From: Oopsacas minuta
Taxonomy: Eukaryota > Animalia > Porifera
Assembly: GCA_024704765.1 (NCBI GenBank)
Contig: JAKMXF010000321.1
Coordinates: forward strand, 1,054,001 to 1,118,000
DNA length: 64,000 nucleotides
Direction of reading: 5' to 3'
Part shown: piece by piece, positions 48,801-58,900 of the stretch
Position numbering within the stretch: the first letter of the stretch is position 1
Layout of the letters: each line of letters begins with the position of its first letter
The notes under the pieces: generated by a model
What the model saw: the letters and a program-made list of their open reading frames with translations, nothing else
Told to the model about the DNA's origin: nothing
Database searches by the model: none
Position numbers and translations under genes: made by a program

Positions 48801-51800
48801 TAAGAGAGTTCAGGATTGTGTTTGGATGTTTTATGTACTCAAATCCAACAGAGACATTTGTTTACCTGACCAGACTATTCATGACATTTATTCTGAAGTA
48901 TCAAATCAAATTAATGAGTCAGATTGCTCTCACATAAACGCATTAAAATTGACAATTGAGAATTTGGTATCAAGGATATCTAGGGGTAAGACTTACTATT
49001 TCTTTGATTTGATAAACTCATTCCAAAAGGATTTCACAAACAGAAAGGAACTAAAACATGATGCCAATCTCCCTGATATTCAGAAGAACTATCGTTTTAT
49101 AGAATGTGCTATGCTTACTCCAGCAACAATCATTCCCCTCCCTCCTGTATACACTCAGTGTAGCAGACTGTACAGGAAATACCCAGATGAGAGGTTCTTG
49201 AACTTAGCCTTCAGAGAAGAGCATGGAGAAGCGCTTAATTGTACGGAGGAATTCAGGAATCGTATTGAAAGTTGTTTGATAACTGGAGTAGAAATAAACG
49301 GAATCAGATTCCACTTTCTGCTATGTAGTGGTAGTCAAATGAGAAGCAAAAGAGCTATATTCATTCACGTCAATGCGGCAGATTCCCAGGAGGCGATTAG
49401 GAGTATAAGGTCAGAACTTATCGGGGACAGCAAGATAAGTAACACCACCAAATATCTATCCAGACTAGGATTGTTCTGTACTTCAGATCATCCTATTTGT
49501 GAGATAGACAGGGATACTACTCATCAGATAGATGATTTACTGGCAGAGAATAGAGTAAAGTTAACTGATGGGAATGGAAAGATTAATATGTCTATAGCCG
49601 AGCAGGTATTTCAGAACGCTAATGTTAAGCAGAATGCTTCTATTGATAACACTACAGCTATACAGGTACGATTAGCTGGGCTTAAAGGCGTATTAACTAT
49701 AGTTGATCCCAAAGAAGATGCGGACTTCCGTGAGAAGAGACAAGGTACTACTATCATATACAGAGAATCTATGAAAAAGATAAATTGGACAGATTCTATG
49801 CTGTGTCTTGTTAAGGTTGGTAAGTATAGTCATCTGTACTTCAACACACAAATGCTGACCCTGTTAGCTAGTCTAGAAGATAGCAGTACAATGTGGGATC
49901 CTAAACCCAGACTGAGACAGCTCTATAGAAATACTCTGCAAGAATACGCTGGGTTTCTCCATAAGGGAGACAGTGCTAACAAAAAGCTAAAGTCTAGTTA
50001 TCCTAACTATCGGAAGGAAACTAGCGAGCATTTTGACATACTCTCAGAGCCTTTTTTCCTATCTTTACTTAGATGCATTTATACATTCAAAATACGACTT
50101 ATGCTTAGAAAGTTCCATTTTCTTGCAGAAGATGCCTGTTTGTTGATGGGGATACCTGATCCCATAGGTGTGTTAAAGGACGGGGAAGTATTTATTACTT
50201 ATATCGATGAAGATGGGAAGCACCAGATAAAAGAAGGACGTATTCTAGTGTATAAGAACCCTTGTCTACATCCAGGAGACTTGTTGGTACCCACCGCTGT
50301 TGACAAGGATGAACTTCATCACCTGCACAATGTTATAGTGTTCCCAATTATTGGTAAGATATCGCTCCCTGCTTGTAGTGGGGGAGGGGATTTAGATGGA
50401 GATGAGTTTGGTATTATTTGGGATGAGGAGCTAGTGCCACCCGAAGGGGCTACATTCGCCCCCTTAAACTATGACAAAGTTCTAGCTGAGTACAAAGAAA
50501 AACTACAACAAGATGAACCTGAATCAGAAGATGAAAATCTAGAACTCCCCTTACATAATGACCCTAACATATCTAAGATATTAGCCGGAGCATACTTCAA
50601 GATAGTATCAAATGACCTGTTAGGTATAATATCACATTACCATGTAGCTGTTAGTGATATGAGGGAAAATGGAGCTAGAGATGAGCTGGCTATAGAGCTA
50701 GCTAGATTAGCTTCTCTAGCAGTAGACTCTCCTAAGACTGGTATTACTCCTATTGTTCCTAAAGAAATACAAAATCTAATAAAAGATAAAGGTTATCCTG
50801 ATTTTATGGAGAAGATAGCCTCTACTTCTTATCCCTCTACCAAGCTCCTAGGAGAGTTATATCAAATGGCTAAGTCTACATGTTACGAAGTTAGTGAATG
50901 GGCAAATGTACTTAACTTCTATGACAAACATGATTTCAAACACAAGATACCAGCTAATATCCCAATACAGATTTTCCAGATACCAGGCCATGAGGAGTTC
51001 ATGGAGGAAGCTAAATCAATTTACTTCGAGTATGCTACTGCTCTACAGAGACTGATGCTGGCTTTTGGTATTAATACAGAAGCTGAATTGGTGTTAGGTA
51101 TGATTATTCGATGTCACCCCCTCCTATCAGCTGATCACGGTAAGACCACGAATGCTCTACAAGCTGCTGTAGAGGATCTCTCACAAGAATACAGATACAT
51201 ATTCCGTAAGGGTATGGATGAGGATCAGTTATATCAAAAGGCTGCTGCTTGGTATCTTACCGTGTATGAATGTCTACAGAGTCAAGACAACATCTTCCTA
51301 TCTTTCCCATGGTTAGTAGGAGAATATCTCTGTAAGATCGTCAAGTCCTCAAAAGTTAATGTTAAAACAGATATGCCTACGTCAATAGGGAAATCAGCAA
51401 GAGAGTACCTAACAGATAAAAAAGGGACTATAGAGAATATTGTCGGCTCTAAGATAAATTTAGTACAATCTATTGATTTAGCTATCAACCAACATGCTAG
51501 AACTATGTTTGCATCAGCTAGTACTGATGATGCAGAGAGGATATTCAATGTTCAAGCTTTTGGTTCTGTTTCTAAATATCATTGTCAGCCGGAGTCAGAT
51601 TTGGATATCTCTGTATCTCTAACAGAGTATGGTCACACTCTAATACCTAATTCTAGACATAACACACCAAATGAACTAACGAAGATACGGAAAAACATCC
51701 TAGAAACCTATATCTCTCCTTCTCTGGGTAACATTGCTGACTCCAAATCTAATAAGTTTAATTTAGAAGTTCCTATAATATCTATTCAAATGGATTCTCC

Positions 51801-53817
51801 CATGAAGAGCTGTCCACAAGTTAGTGTAGACCTAACTGTAGAGAGTGATGGAGTAGACAAGGCTAATCATATACTTCAGCTCTACAGTACTACCAAGGGA
51901 GTATTCTTCTCATTGCTATGGATACTCATCCACTGGGCTAGACATGTAGGGATATTAAAGTGTCATAGTTCACCAGATAGCACAGGGATGATACTAACAG
52001 CAGAGTTTGAAGCATTGGTGTTATATATCTATGAGCAAATGGATAATAAGCCTCAAACAATTGTAGGTGATGAAATAGATTGCTCTCTCGATTCTATGTT
52101 TCACTCATTGACATCTGCAGACTTAGATAAGACATTAGGATTTGTATTAGAAGAATTCTTTCATTTCGGTTACAAAATAACAAGAGATAAATCAGAAATT
52201 AAGTATACATGGCCTATTAAAGGGGAACCTTTTCACACTATCCATCCAGTAGCTCTCAGCAAAATCTCTGGCCTCCTGTTCCAGGGTTGGCACTGTTTGG
52301 CATTCACAAGAGACATCTCTAAGTTGTTACAACGAGTGGAGATAAATCTCAAATTCGTAAAACGATTCTCAACCTTTCTGAGTGATATGATACGATCTTC
52401 TACACAATACTACGAGAAAGATTTAACCAACAAAACTGGTTGTATCGTTAAAATAGAACAAATGGGAAGAAATATTCTCCTTACTGCTCAGGGCTCAGCC
52501 AGTTCTATCCACGAACTATCAAGTGAGGTAACTCGGATAGAATCTAACTCTGCTCTAACTAAGAGATACAAATCCAATGCTAGTCGATATATGATTGATG
52601 GTAACTTAGTTTTAGTTATTGCTAATAATTCATTAGATTCTAAAGTTAAGCTAAAGGATTTTACACACGGTTGTTGTAAGCATTTTCATTACTACAACAA
52701 GAAGAGCATTCTGGTGTCTACTGACAAATCTATAAATAACAATTGGAAAGAAGAAGGAACAGTTAAGTTGAAGAATCGACTCTGTGCTCAATTGAAAGAT
52801 TTCCCTACAAAGTGTAATGATTTCCTAGAGAATCTTAAGTTTAAGACAAGGTTTGGATCTTTCTATGTGCTAGAGGGAATTGATGCTATGCATAGCGTGG
52901 GAAATTCTCTGGATGTGGAGGAGTTTGAATCCTGCTTAGTGAAAGGAAAAAGTAACCGATTTGGCGACAATAGCACAGTTGAGGAGAAGAGTGCAATTCC
53001 TTCTAACTTACAACTTAATAAGGATAATAAATCTATTCGGGATAAACCACCTCAAAACCAGAAGCCGAAAGATCATAAAACGAAAAATAAGGATAAAGTA
53101 TATTCTCTGAGTAGCGGATTCTGCCCAGGAATATATAATATAAAAACTCCTGAACGAATGGAAATGTCAAAGCAAGTATTCAGAACATCTCTACAGGAAT
53201 GTAAATTCACTCGCCTTGACGAAGGCAAGAAGTATACCTGGCGAGTTGAGCTAGAAATGGCTGTAAATTATGATATACGAGTGAACTTAGACTCTACTTT
53301 CCGTGTAGTTGGTATCTACACACGTCCTTACATATGGCTGATGGCAACCATCCTATCTGACAGGAATACTGTTGATGAACGGATAGCTCACGATCTCAGA
53401 TTGCGTGCTGAAAGTACAAAAGTTATTGGAAAAGATACTGACCTTTACAAGGTTGTTCTACCAGATGGCCTGGTCTCCTCTGTGCTGAATACCAATGAAA
53501 ATGGAAAGGTAGAGCCCTGTGATCGTCTCAAGGATAAGGTAAAGATAATCAAACATAACAAAGAAGTAGAGTATTACAAATTAGAGAATGTTGTGGCTAA
53601 GATGTGTTCTGGTACGGAGTACTGTAGAGAGAACTTTGATAATGAGAGACAATTCTGTGAATTGACTCTATATCACAGTGAAGATGAGTTAATTCGTAGT
53701 GTAGCTTCAGGTAGCGATAGCAGCTGTAGAATACAGTCTATAGCAACATCTGCTGTAGATATATCATTAAAATTGTCTGAAGTTATTCAGAACAATATGC
53801 CTGAGTTCAATACTTAG
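45823..53817 (+). CDS. Multidomain RNA-silencing enzyme: Zn-binding domain - Dicer/RIG-I-type DExH helicase - eukaryotic RdRP - Cid1/TUTase-like nucleotidyltransferase - unknown C-terminus (2664 aa from the first ATG)
   Basis: Helicase: PRDYQ, LPTGCGKT (46381), DECHH (46681), LTASP, EEGLD, QSKGRAR. RdRP: SGSQMR, SRLGL, TDGNG, QVRLAGLKG, KNPCLHPGD, SGGGDLDGD (DLDGD at 50389-50403). NTase: FGS (51562), SDLDI (51598), VDLT (51829). One uninterrupted ORF. Confidence 0.92.
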   Translation: MMKCKCSADLLPLEDICFYAKHSKSVDLMIRYEKANSLECKFDLIPDKPNYFKILCVKCHQSVGKKHPHGPNSSNIMAFGNDKVMLLERKLGSSKMNAWYNVYKDPPFNEVLVRNSDNFFGIDKSTNTPDANPNNQQNSVTCPIVWPDCQNESDFYLDDVIMSDVIPRDYQITAYLEALQRDLILVLPTGCGKTLVASMVAAKMKMLNPNHMILFLVDRIPLVFQQGESISIATHLNVCSLTSELNTDLKRRKLNQGVYDVLVTTAGSFLSLLSCLNINQFCYVVFDECHHATKEHEYKVVLEKIKTCDPNNRPRVLGLTASPPSTKGQLEDFRRSFFDAPICHDLSLTHYKYATPSIEKCIVRSEPDWHLTNYLQILENELYKLADSINEPHSGTNSINEPHSGTNSINEPHSGTNSINALHSGTDSINEPHSGTNSINALHSGTDSINEPHSEMIGKSNWQDKNKRDQLCTKLDSLQDDDKIKKDIESMKNICRVMTITELLGVTYANNTLEGMDVYSRLKNDDIFSPRLEGLFQELDKLDSSSKIIIFVRTRQIAHILTDILKRNDSINKKFSPLKIVGQYGLFGMSWINEQEEILQNFRDGCCNLLVSTSVLEEGLDIPYCDVVIRFDKIDSLISYKQSKGRARKPDKCKFILIISEKDEQHLTKIQEHEQQVKQLLTDHFTDAAVPSEFTKKIEIQIIKDIAISATPSNASELIFVSECAVEFYLEGIFELFDIGDEIANFLRDDHHLMLNLIDQARDKSNWKSKSIFPPEDSLFILGLHTQSRNVYQRYFQLSMDWDYTFMKNNVWTKVQVPTSKSLDIKSVWPITKISLGSFIDRKRYQLSEVFGKNEDESIDIIGQFELVLKENIEIKLTSIKLFIEIPFTSIHRFVLTHWKDSDVTLYLPLSYCPTIRTHYRGPRLSCNECDYLKSFGDYPVLSVTLKYDKSEWSDIWIFLHSSVFPIPVFDTQVSISKHTPIIQEQNYSQISDKRVQDCVWMFYVLKSNRDICLPDQTIHDIYSEVSNQINESDCSHINALKLTIENLVSRISRGKTYYFFDLINSFQKDFTNRKELKHDANLPDIQKNYRFIECAMLTPATIIPLPPVYTQCSRLYRKYPDERFLNLAFREEHGEALNCTEEFRNRIESCLITGVEINGIRFHFLLCSGSQMRSKRAIFIHVNAADSQEAIRSIRSELIGDSKISNTTKYLSRLGLFCTSDHPICEIDRDTTHQIDDLLAENRVKLTDGNGKINMSIAEQVFQNANVKQNASIDNTTAIQVRLAGLKGVLTIVDPKEDADFREKRQGTTIIYRESMKKINWTDSMLCLVKVGKYSHLYFNTQMLTLLASLEDSSTMWDPKPRLRQLYRNTLQEYAGFLHKGDSANKKLKSSYPNYRKETSEHFDILSEPFFLSLLRCIYTFKIRLMLRKFHFLAEDACLLMGIPDPIGVLKDGEVFITYIDEDGKHQIKEGRILVYKNPCLHPGDLLVPTAVDKDELHHLHNVIVFPIIGKISLPACSGGGDLDGDEFGIIWDEELVPPEGATFAPLNYDKVLAEYKEKLQQDEPESEDENLELPLHNDPNISKILAGAYFKIVSNDLLGIISHYHVAVSDMRENGARDELAIELARLASLAVDSPKTGITPIVPKEIQNLIKDKGYPDFMEKIASTSYPSTKLLGELYQMAKSTCYEVSEWANVLNFYDKHDFKHKIPANIPIQIFQIPGHEEFMEEAKSIYFEYATALQRLMLAFGINTEAELVLGMIIRCHPLLSADHGKTTNALQAAVEDLSQEYRYIFRKGMDEDQLYQKAAAWYLTVYECLQSQDNIFLSFPWLVGEYLCKIVKSSKVNVKTDMPTSIGKSAREYLTDKKGTIENIVGSKINLVQSIDLAINQHARTMFASASTDDAERIFNVQAFGSVSKYHCQPESDLDISVSLTEYGHTLIPNSRHNTPNELTKIRKNILETYISPSLGNIADSKSNKFNLEVPIISIQMDSPMKSCPQVSVDLTVESDGVDKANHILQLYSTTKGVFFSLLWILIHWARHVGILKCHSSPDSTGMILTAEFEALVLYIYEQMDNKPQTIVGDEIDCSLDSMFHSLTSADLDKTLGFVLEEFFHFGYKITRDKSEIKYTWPIKGEPFHTIHPVALSKISGLLFQGWHCLAFTRDISKLLQRVEINLKFVKRFSTFLSDMIRSSTQYYEKDLTNKTGCIVKIEQMGRNILLTAQGSASSIHELSSEVTRIESNSALTKRYKSNASRYMIDGNLVLVIANNSLDSKVKLKDFTHGCCKHFHYYNKKSILVSTDKSINNNWKEEGTVKLKNRLCAQLKDFPTKCNDFLENLKFKTRFGSFYVLEGIDAMHSVGNSLDVEEFESCLVKGKSNRFGDNSTVEEKSAIPSNLQLNKDNKSIRDKPPQNQKPKDHKTKNKDKVYSLSSGFCPGIYNIKTPERMEMSKQVFRTSLQECKFTRLDEGKKYTWRVELEMAVNYDIRVNLDSTFRVVGIYTRPYIWLMATILSDRNTVDERIAHDLRLRAESTKVIGKDTDLYKVVLPDGLVSSVLNTNENGKVEPCDRLKDKVKIIKHNKEVEYYKLENVVAKMCSGTEYCRENFDNERQFCELTLYHSEDELIRSVASGSDSSCRIQSIATSAVDISLKLSEVIQNNMPEFNT
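46981..47186 (+). repeat. In-frame 30-bp coding minisatellite x7: (D/N)SIN(EP/AL)HSGT
   Basis: Units start at 46981, 47011, 47041, 47071, 47101, 47131 and 47161. Confidence 0.97.
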
Positions 53818-53950
53818 TATATACAATTTCATTGTGTATGTTTATACTTATACATTATTCTTATATATTTATTATGTAATTTATTGATTTGTATTGAGAC
53901 TGTTAGTAATATTATATGAATTAATACTTGCTTATATGTATGGATCCCTT

Positions 53951-54095
53951 CAGTAGAGGTCCCAGGGGGCAATTACGAGGCATTTGCCCCGTATTTGAAA
54001 TTCTTGGCCCGGTTTTTCCAGATCCTCAAACCACCACTCCCCATTATATAATATAGATTTTTCCCGTACTATGCAAAATCCTTTGACTGCCCCTG
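53951..54095. mobile_element. Short hAT-like MITE
   Basis: CAG...CTG ends; flanks GATCCCTT / GTTCCCTT (7/8). Confidence 0.4.
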
Positions 54096-55276
54096 GTTCC
54101 CTTCCAGATTCTGAGTGTCATACGCCTAAAATAGTAGACACTTTTTTCATATTGGAGTCTTGCTCGAATTTTCGTAGGCTTAGAGATAATCTGCCAGAAG
54201 TCGCGGCGCATACGCCTGGATAATACCTTGCTTGTATGTACTGGTTAATCAGTATATTCGTATGTCAGAGGACTGTAGTTATAGGAGACCTGGTAGTGCT
54301 TATTCCTTGAAATTTTTGATTGGCCAACGATCTATCAGTGAGAATTGTTCAGTTAAATTTAGCTAGGTTCTGAGATAAATTGGATGGCTAATAGAATATA
54401 GACCTAAGTTGTTCAATACGTCTTTCAATGAAGACGTATTACGTATAATACGTATTTTACACAGCTACGTAACTATAGCTTATTCACGGTCTAGAATTTC
54501 ATGTATCATGGATTACATCAAGTCTATTAAATTTGACTTGGAGTTATATTTTCTCGATTACATAAAATCGGTGCATTTTGGCTCGAATAAATGTATTATT
54601 GATAGTTAATAAATTACAGAAGCCATATTATCCAACTATTACCAGTTTAAATGACGTCATCTGTTTGGATAGAAGGGTAATATGTTGTTAAAAATGCATT
54701 ATTTTTAACAACATTTTGCCCAACAATCAATAACATATTCCAGGATCCCAATTCAAAGTGATGACATCCTGCTACAGCTATATACTATTGCTACATTATA
54801 CCTTGTTGATTATTCACAGGAGGGACTTGACTGTACTATACAACCTGAACTTTGTATTCGACTATTCCCTACCCCTCCTATCCCAAACTTGATCACTAAA
54901 CAAGTATCACTCTTACCTTATTTGATTCAATTTCCTTTAATTCGATCATACTTTATGTCACGATACGATTTTATCATTATGACGACGATTCAGTTGCAAT
55001 AATTCATCATTTACTTCTATAATCGAATTAGAAAATAGCAATTGTATTAGTTTACGTATCGTTGAACTCTCTGTTGTGTTAGCCTTACAGAGACAATCTA
55101 ATGGCACTCCCACACACACGAGCTACATGGCTGTTGTATAGACATTCATTATAATTAAGTTAATAGAAGTTAGGTATAAACTTCAGCATTATCTTACAAA
55201 CGATATACCTGTATTCACTAACTATTTTATCTTATTATACATAGTAATATTGTATTCAGACTCATAAGCTAGGAAA

Positions 55277-55938
55277 ATGAGTGAAGAGTCTTCTTCCAAC
55301 TCTGTAGACAATCAATTACAAGAGATGGATACTATAGGTCCTGGCACAAGAGCAGTTCTCACGGTCGAGGATAATAATCAGAAAATGTTAGATGAGCTAT
55401 TTAATCTCAAATCTAGTTCTCATCTCAACAGCAAACCGCTAAAGGAAAGAGGTCTGCCTTCCTCCTTGTGGAAGACTCATTCCAACAGTTCCAAGCAATT
55501 GTGCAGGCAGCTGCTCTCCTCCAACAACCAACATCCTTTCACATTTGACAAGGTATCTCCTAACATGACTCAATTCCCTCAAAATAACACGAGTACAACT
55601 CCATTTCCTGGTAGTACCACTCCATTTCCTGGTAGTACCACTCCATTTCCTGGTAGTACTACTCCATTTCCTGGAACTACTCCAAGCTCACAGCTACACT
55701 ACAAGTGAGTTTTAACTCAATTTATCTTGTACAGTTAACTCTCGTTGTAACAAAGTGCTCGGGGCCTGTTTTCATTTCGTTATAACTGGAGTTTACTGTA
55801 TTCAAATGGTTAAATTAGGGTTTATAATCCGTATTCCCGACTCATTTCACTTACGGGATTTGTTTTAATTCCAATCCCGATTTTCAATTCTGGTATTCCG
55901 TTCGTAGTTTCAAATGGTCAAAATTCTAAATTATTAAC

Positions 55939-55969
<31 letters not shown>

Positions 55970-58900
55970 TTATTTTTTGAATTAATCATATATTGTGTAA
56001 TGTCAGTTCAGTCTTCTAATAATTTCACGAATTGTATCAGGGTCATTCCATGAAAAATTCAACCAATGGTATGAAGAAAATCTCAAATTAATCTACCGTA
56101 AAATGGCCCTACTTTGACCAAATATAGAATCGAAATAATCGAGAATTATACTTCAAAATTATGACGCATATTTAAAAATTTCCTTAAATTTTGTCTGGTC
56201 ATTTTCGAGTCTATCACAGAATCATTTCGATCTTTCTTCACAACTTCAATATTTTGAGTTATGGTATACCCAGTGGCCAAAGTAGTCCCATTTTACTGTA
56301 ATATTTTACCAAAACCTTATCCTATATGTCTCATGAAAATTGTCATATATTAGTTTTCAATACCCATTGGTTATAGTTATGGCTTATCTAGTTTCAACGA
56401 TTTTTTATGATCGGATGCTTATTATTTAGAGTCTCCATTCGTTAAATTGGTTATATATTCCTGATCGCTGTGCATAAATGTAGTATTATTAATTATAAAT
56501 GTTAAGTAGGATGCTTTGTTCAAAATGTATCAAAACTGATTGCCTATGCTCATGCGTTTTTGTGCTAAAGCCCCCTAAAGTCAAGAATTCTTTAGAGAAA
56601 AATGAATCGACGTCCTCAAGTTTCAGGTTCAATTTATTCACGGATTCCTGGGATATAACACTTGCAGTTCATATACTCAAATATTTGTGTCTTTGTTTAG
56701 ATTTTTTATGTAATTTTCCATAAATATTAATTATTATTTCCATTTTATGGGAAAGTTTTCTTAACTAACAACAAAACTATACATTTATTCGGGACAAAAT
56801 ACACCGTTTCTGTAACACCGAAATCGAATGGAATTTGTTCCATCGAAGTTGTTAGTTAAGAAAAATTTCCCATAAAATGGAAATAATAATTAATATTTAT
56901 GGAAATTTACATAAAAAATCTAAACAAAGACACAAATATTTGAGTATATGAAGTGCAAGTGTTATATCCCAGGAATCCGTGAATAAATTGAACCTGAAAC
57001 TTGGGGACGTCGATTCATTTTTCTCTGAAGAATTTTGACTTTAGGGGGCTTTAGCACAAAAACTAGTTTAGTTGTTTTGGTAAAATGTGCTGTTAATCTG
57101 AGACAGGGTCAAAACTATTGAAATTTAAGAAAATGTAACTAAAAGGTAATATCTAATAAATAATCAAACTAGCAGAATTCGTGTATAAATAATTTCGTAC
57201 CTCTGAAATACTGAATACATTGGTGGGTATGACACCTTTCGGTTAATCGAATATAATTTTATCCTGGCAGTTAACTGGATATAGCGGCGGTTAACCAGTT
57301 AACCGGCTAACTGAATCCAGTCCTGTCTGAGATTTCACGCTGGGAGTATAACTAGTACTGGTAGATCTATATTGGGATGACCCATTATTAGCTTTTCTAA
57401 TTCTGAAATTCCTAGATTTATAAACCAAGTCAACTTCTATCCCCGAAATCCCGGTATTGTCATAAGACTTGCACTTGTCAAAAGGTCATGACCTGACCTG
57501 ACCTGACCTCAATTTCAGATCACTTTTATGTCATTTCGAGTATTTTCAGCTCCTTTTCAGGCTTCAGGGAATTTCGGTATTAATTCTTCTTTAATGATCT
57601 AACCTTGTTAATCTCGTCTTACCTCTAAATTGAATCATAGAACATTCAAATAGTCACGAGTATGATAAATAAAATATTTGAAATATCAAAATATACTATA
57701 TAGGGTAATCCAGTACGCTGAATCCGAATTTCGCATTTCAAGTTTCTCATATGTGCATTTGTTGTTGTTTTTATGAATATAAAGTAAACAAATAATTGAA
57801 ATATTAATTCAATTTTGCAATATTATACTTTGATAAATTCGAGTCCCATGCAAACACAAAATGTTCGCAAGCTGCGCAACTCGAGCAAGCGAAGCGGCTC
57901 GTATATATTATAATAATACAGATTATCTAAGCAGGCCATACCTATCCTGATACTTACCCGTAATGGCCTTACTAATTCCTATCTTTATCTACGCCATATA
58001 CACCATATTTTGGCAAAAACATTAAAGGGTTGATTTTGTTAATACCGTGGGTATCGTATATAAGATGTCTAATAAAATACCATCCTCTGGAAAACATCTA
58101 GAGGGATATATTTTGTCACTGAAAAATATGCGAATGACAAATTTTCTAAAATTTAGTAATATTCGAAGAAGTGCAGGATTGATATTTTATAGCTGAAAGG
58201 TTTTAATGCCCCATCAATGTACTTTAAGCCATTATTAGAGGGACTTTTCAATCTCTAATTTCGCCAAGGGGCCTCTAATTTGTAACGTGCTAATTACCAA
58301 ATATCATTTCATTTTGTCGTTTTCCATATTTTATGTGTTATCTCTACGGGGCTGTAACTAATACAGGGGGACGGACTCGAGCCCCTCTGACCCCTCCTCG
58401 GCGCCAATAGTCCATATAATGTGCCGATTGTTCATTCAATTGACATAGACCATGGGTAGTACAAGAAAAGTAAAATATTTTAAATTTGCTGAATCAAAGT
58501 AGTACGTAATTTTATGAATTATTAATTCTACATTACAGCAATTTTTGACACACCGTATATAGCACAACTATCTTGTAGCAGTGTTCCCTCCAATTCATGT
58601 CATGGGTAGCAACGCATCTGGATAATCCGAGGGATACCTCGCCTGAATCATTAGACGCTGTCTCGAATAGGTTGTTAATTATATTCCTCACTTCGTGAAG
58701 CTACATATAGCAAGCAAAGTGTGCTAGTATTTATGATTTCAGGTTTAATTTTGACCTAATTTCTACAGACAGCGCAACTATCCTCCTGTTAATCACACGA
58801 GGTCACGCTCCAGCCCCGCTACATGCTACAGTCAAGCTAGTCTGAGGCAGCATGCTCCTGCTGACGTGGGAGTGCAAGATTTTCACATACAACAACATCA

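Noticed and set aside
49100-50900. RdRP as an endogenous RNA-virus element
   Set aside because: Motifs (DLDGD, KNPCLHPGD) are those of the cellular double-psi-barrel RdRP, not the viral palm-domain GDD type.
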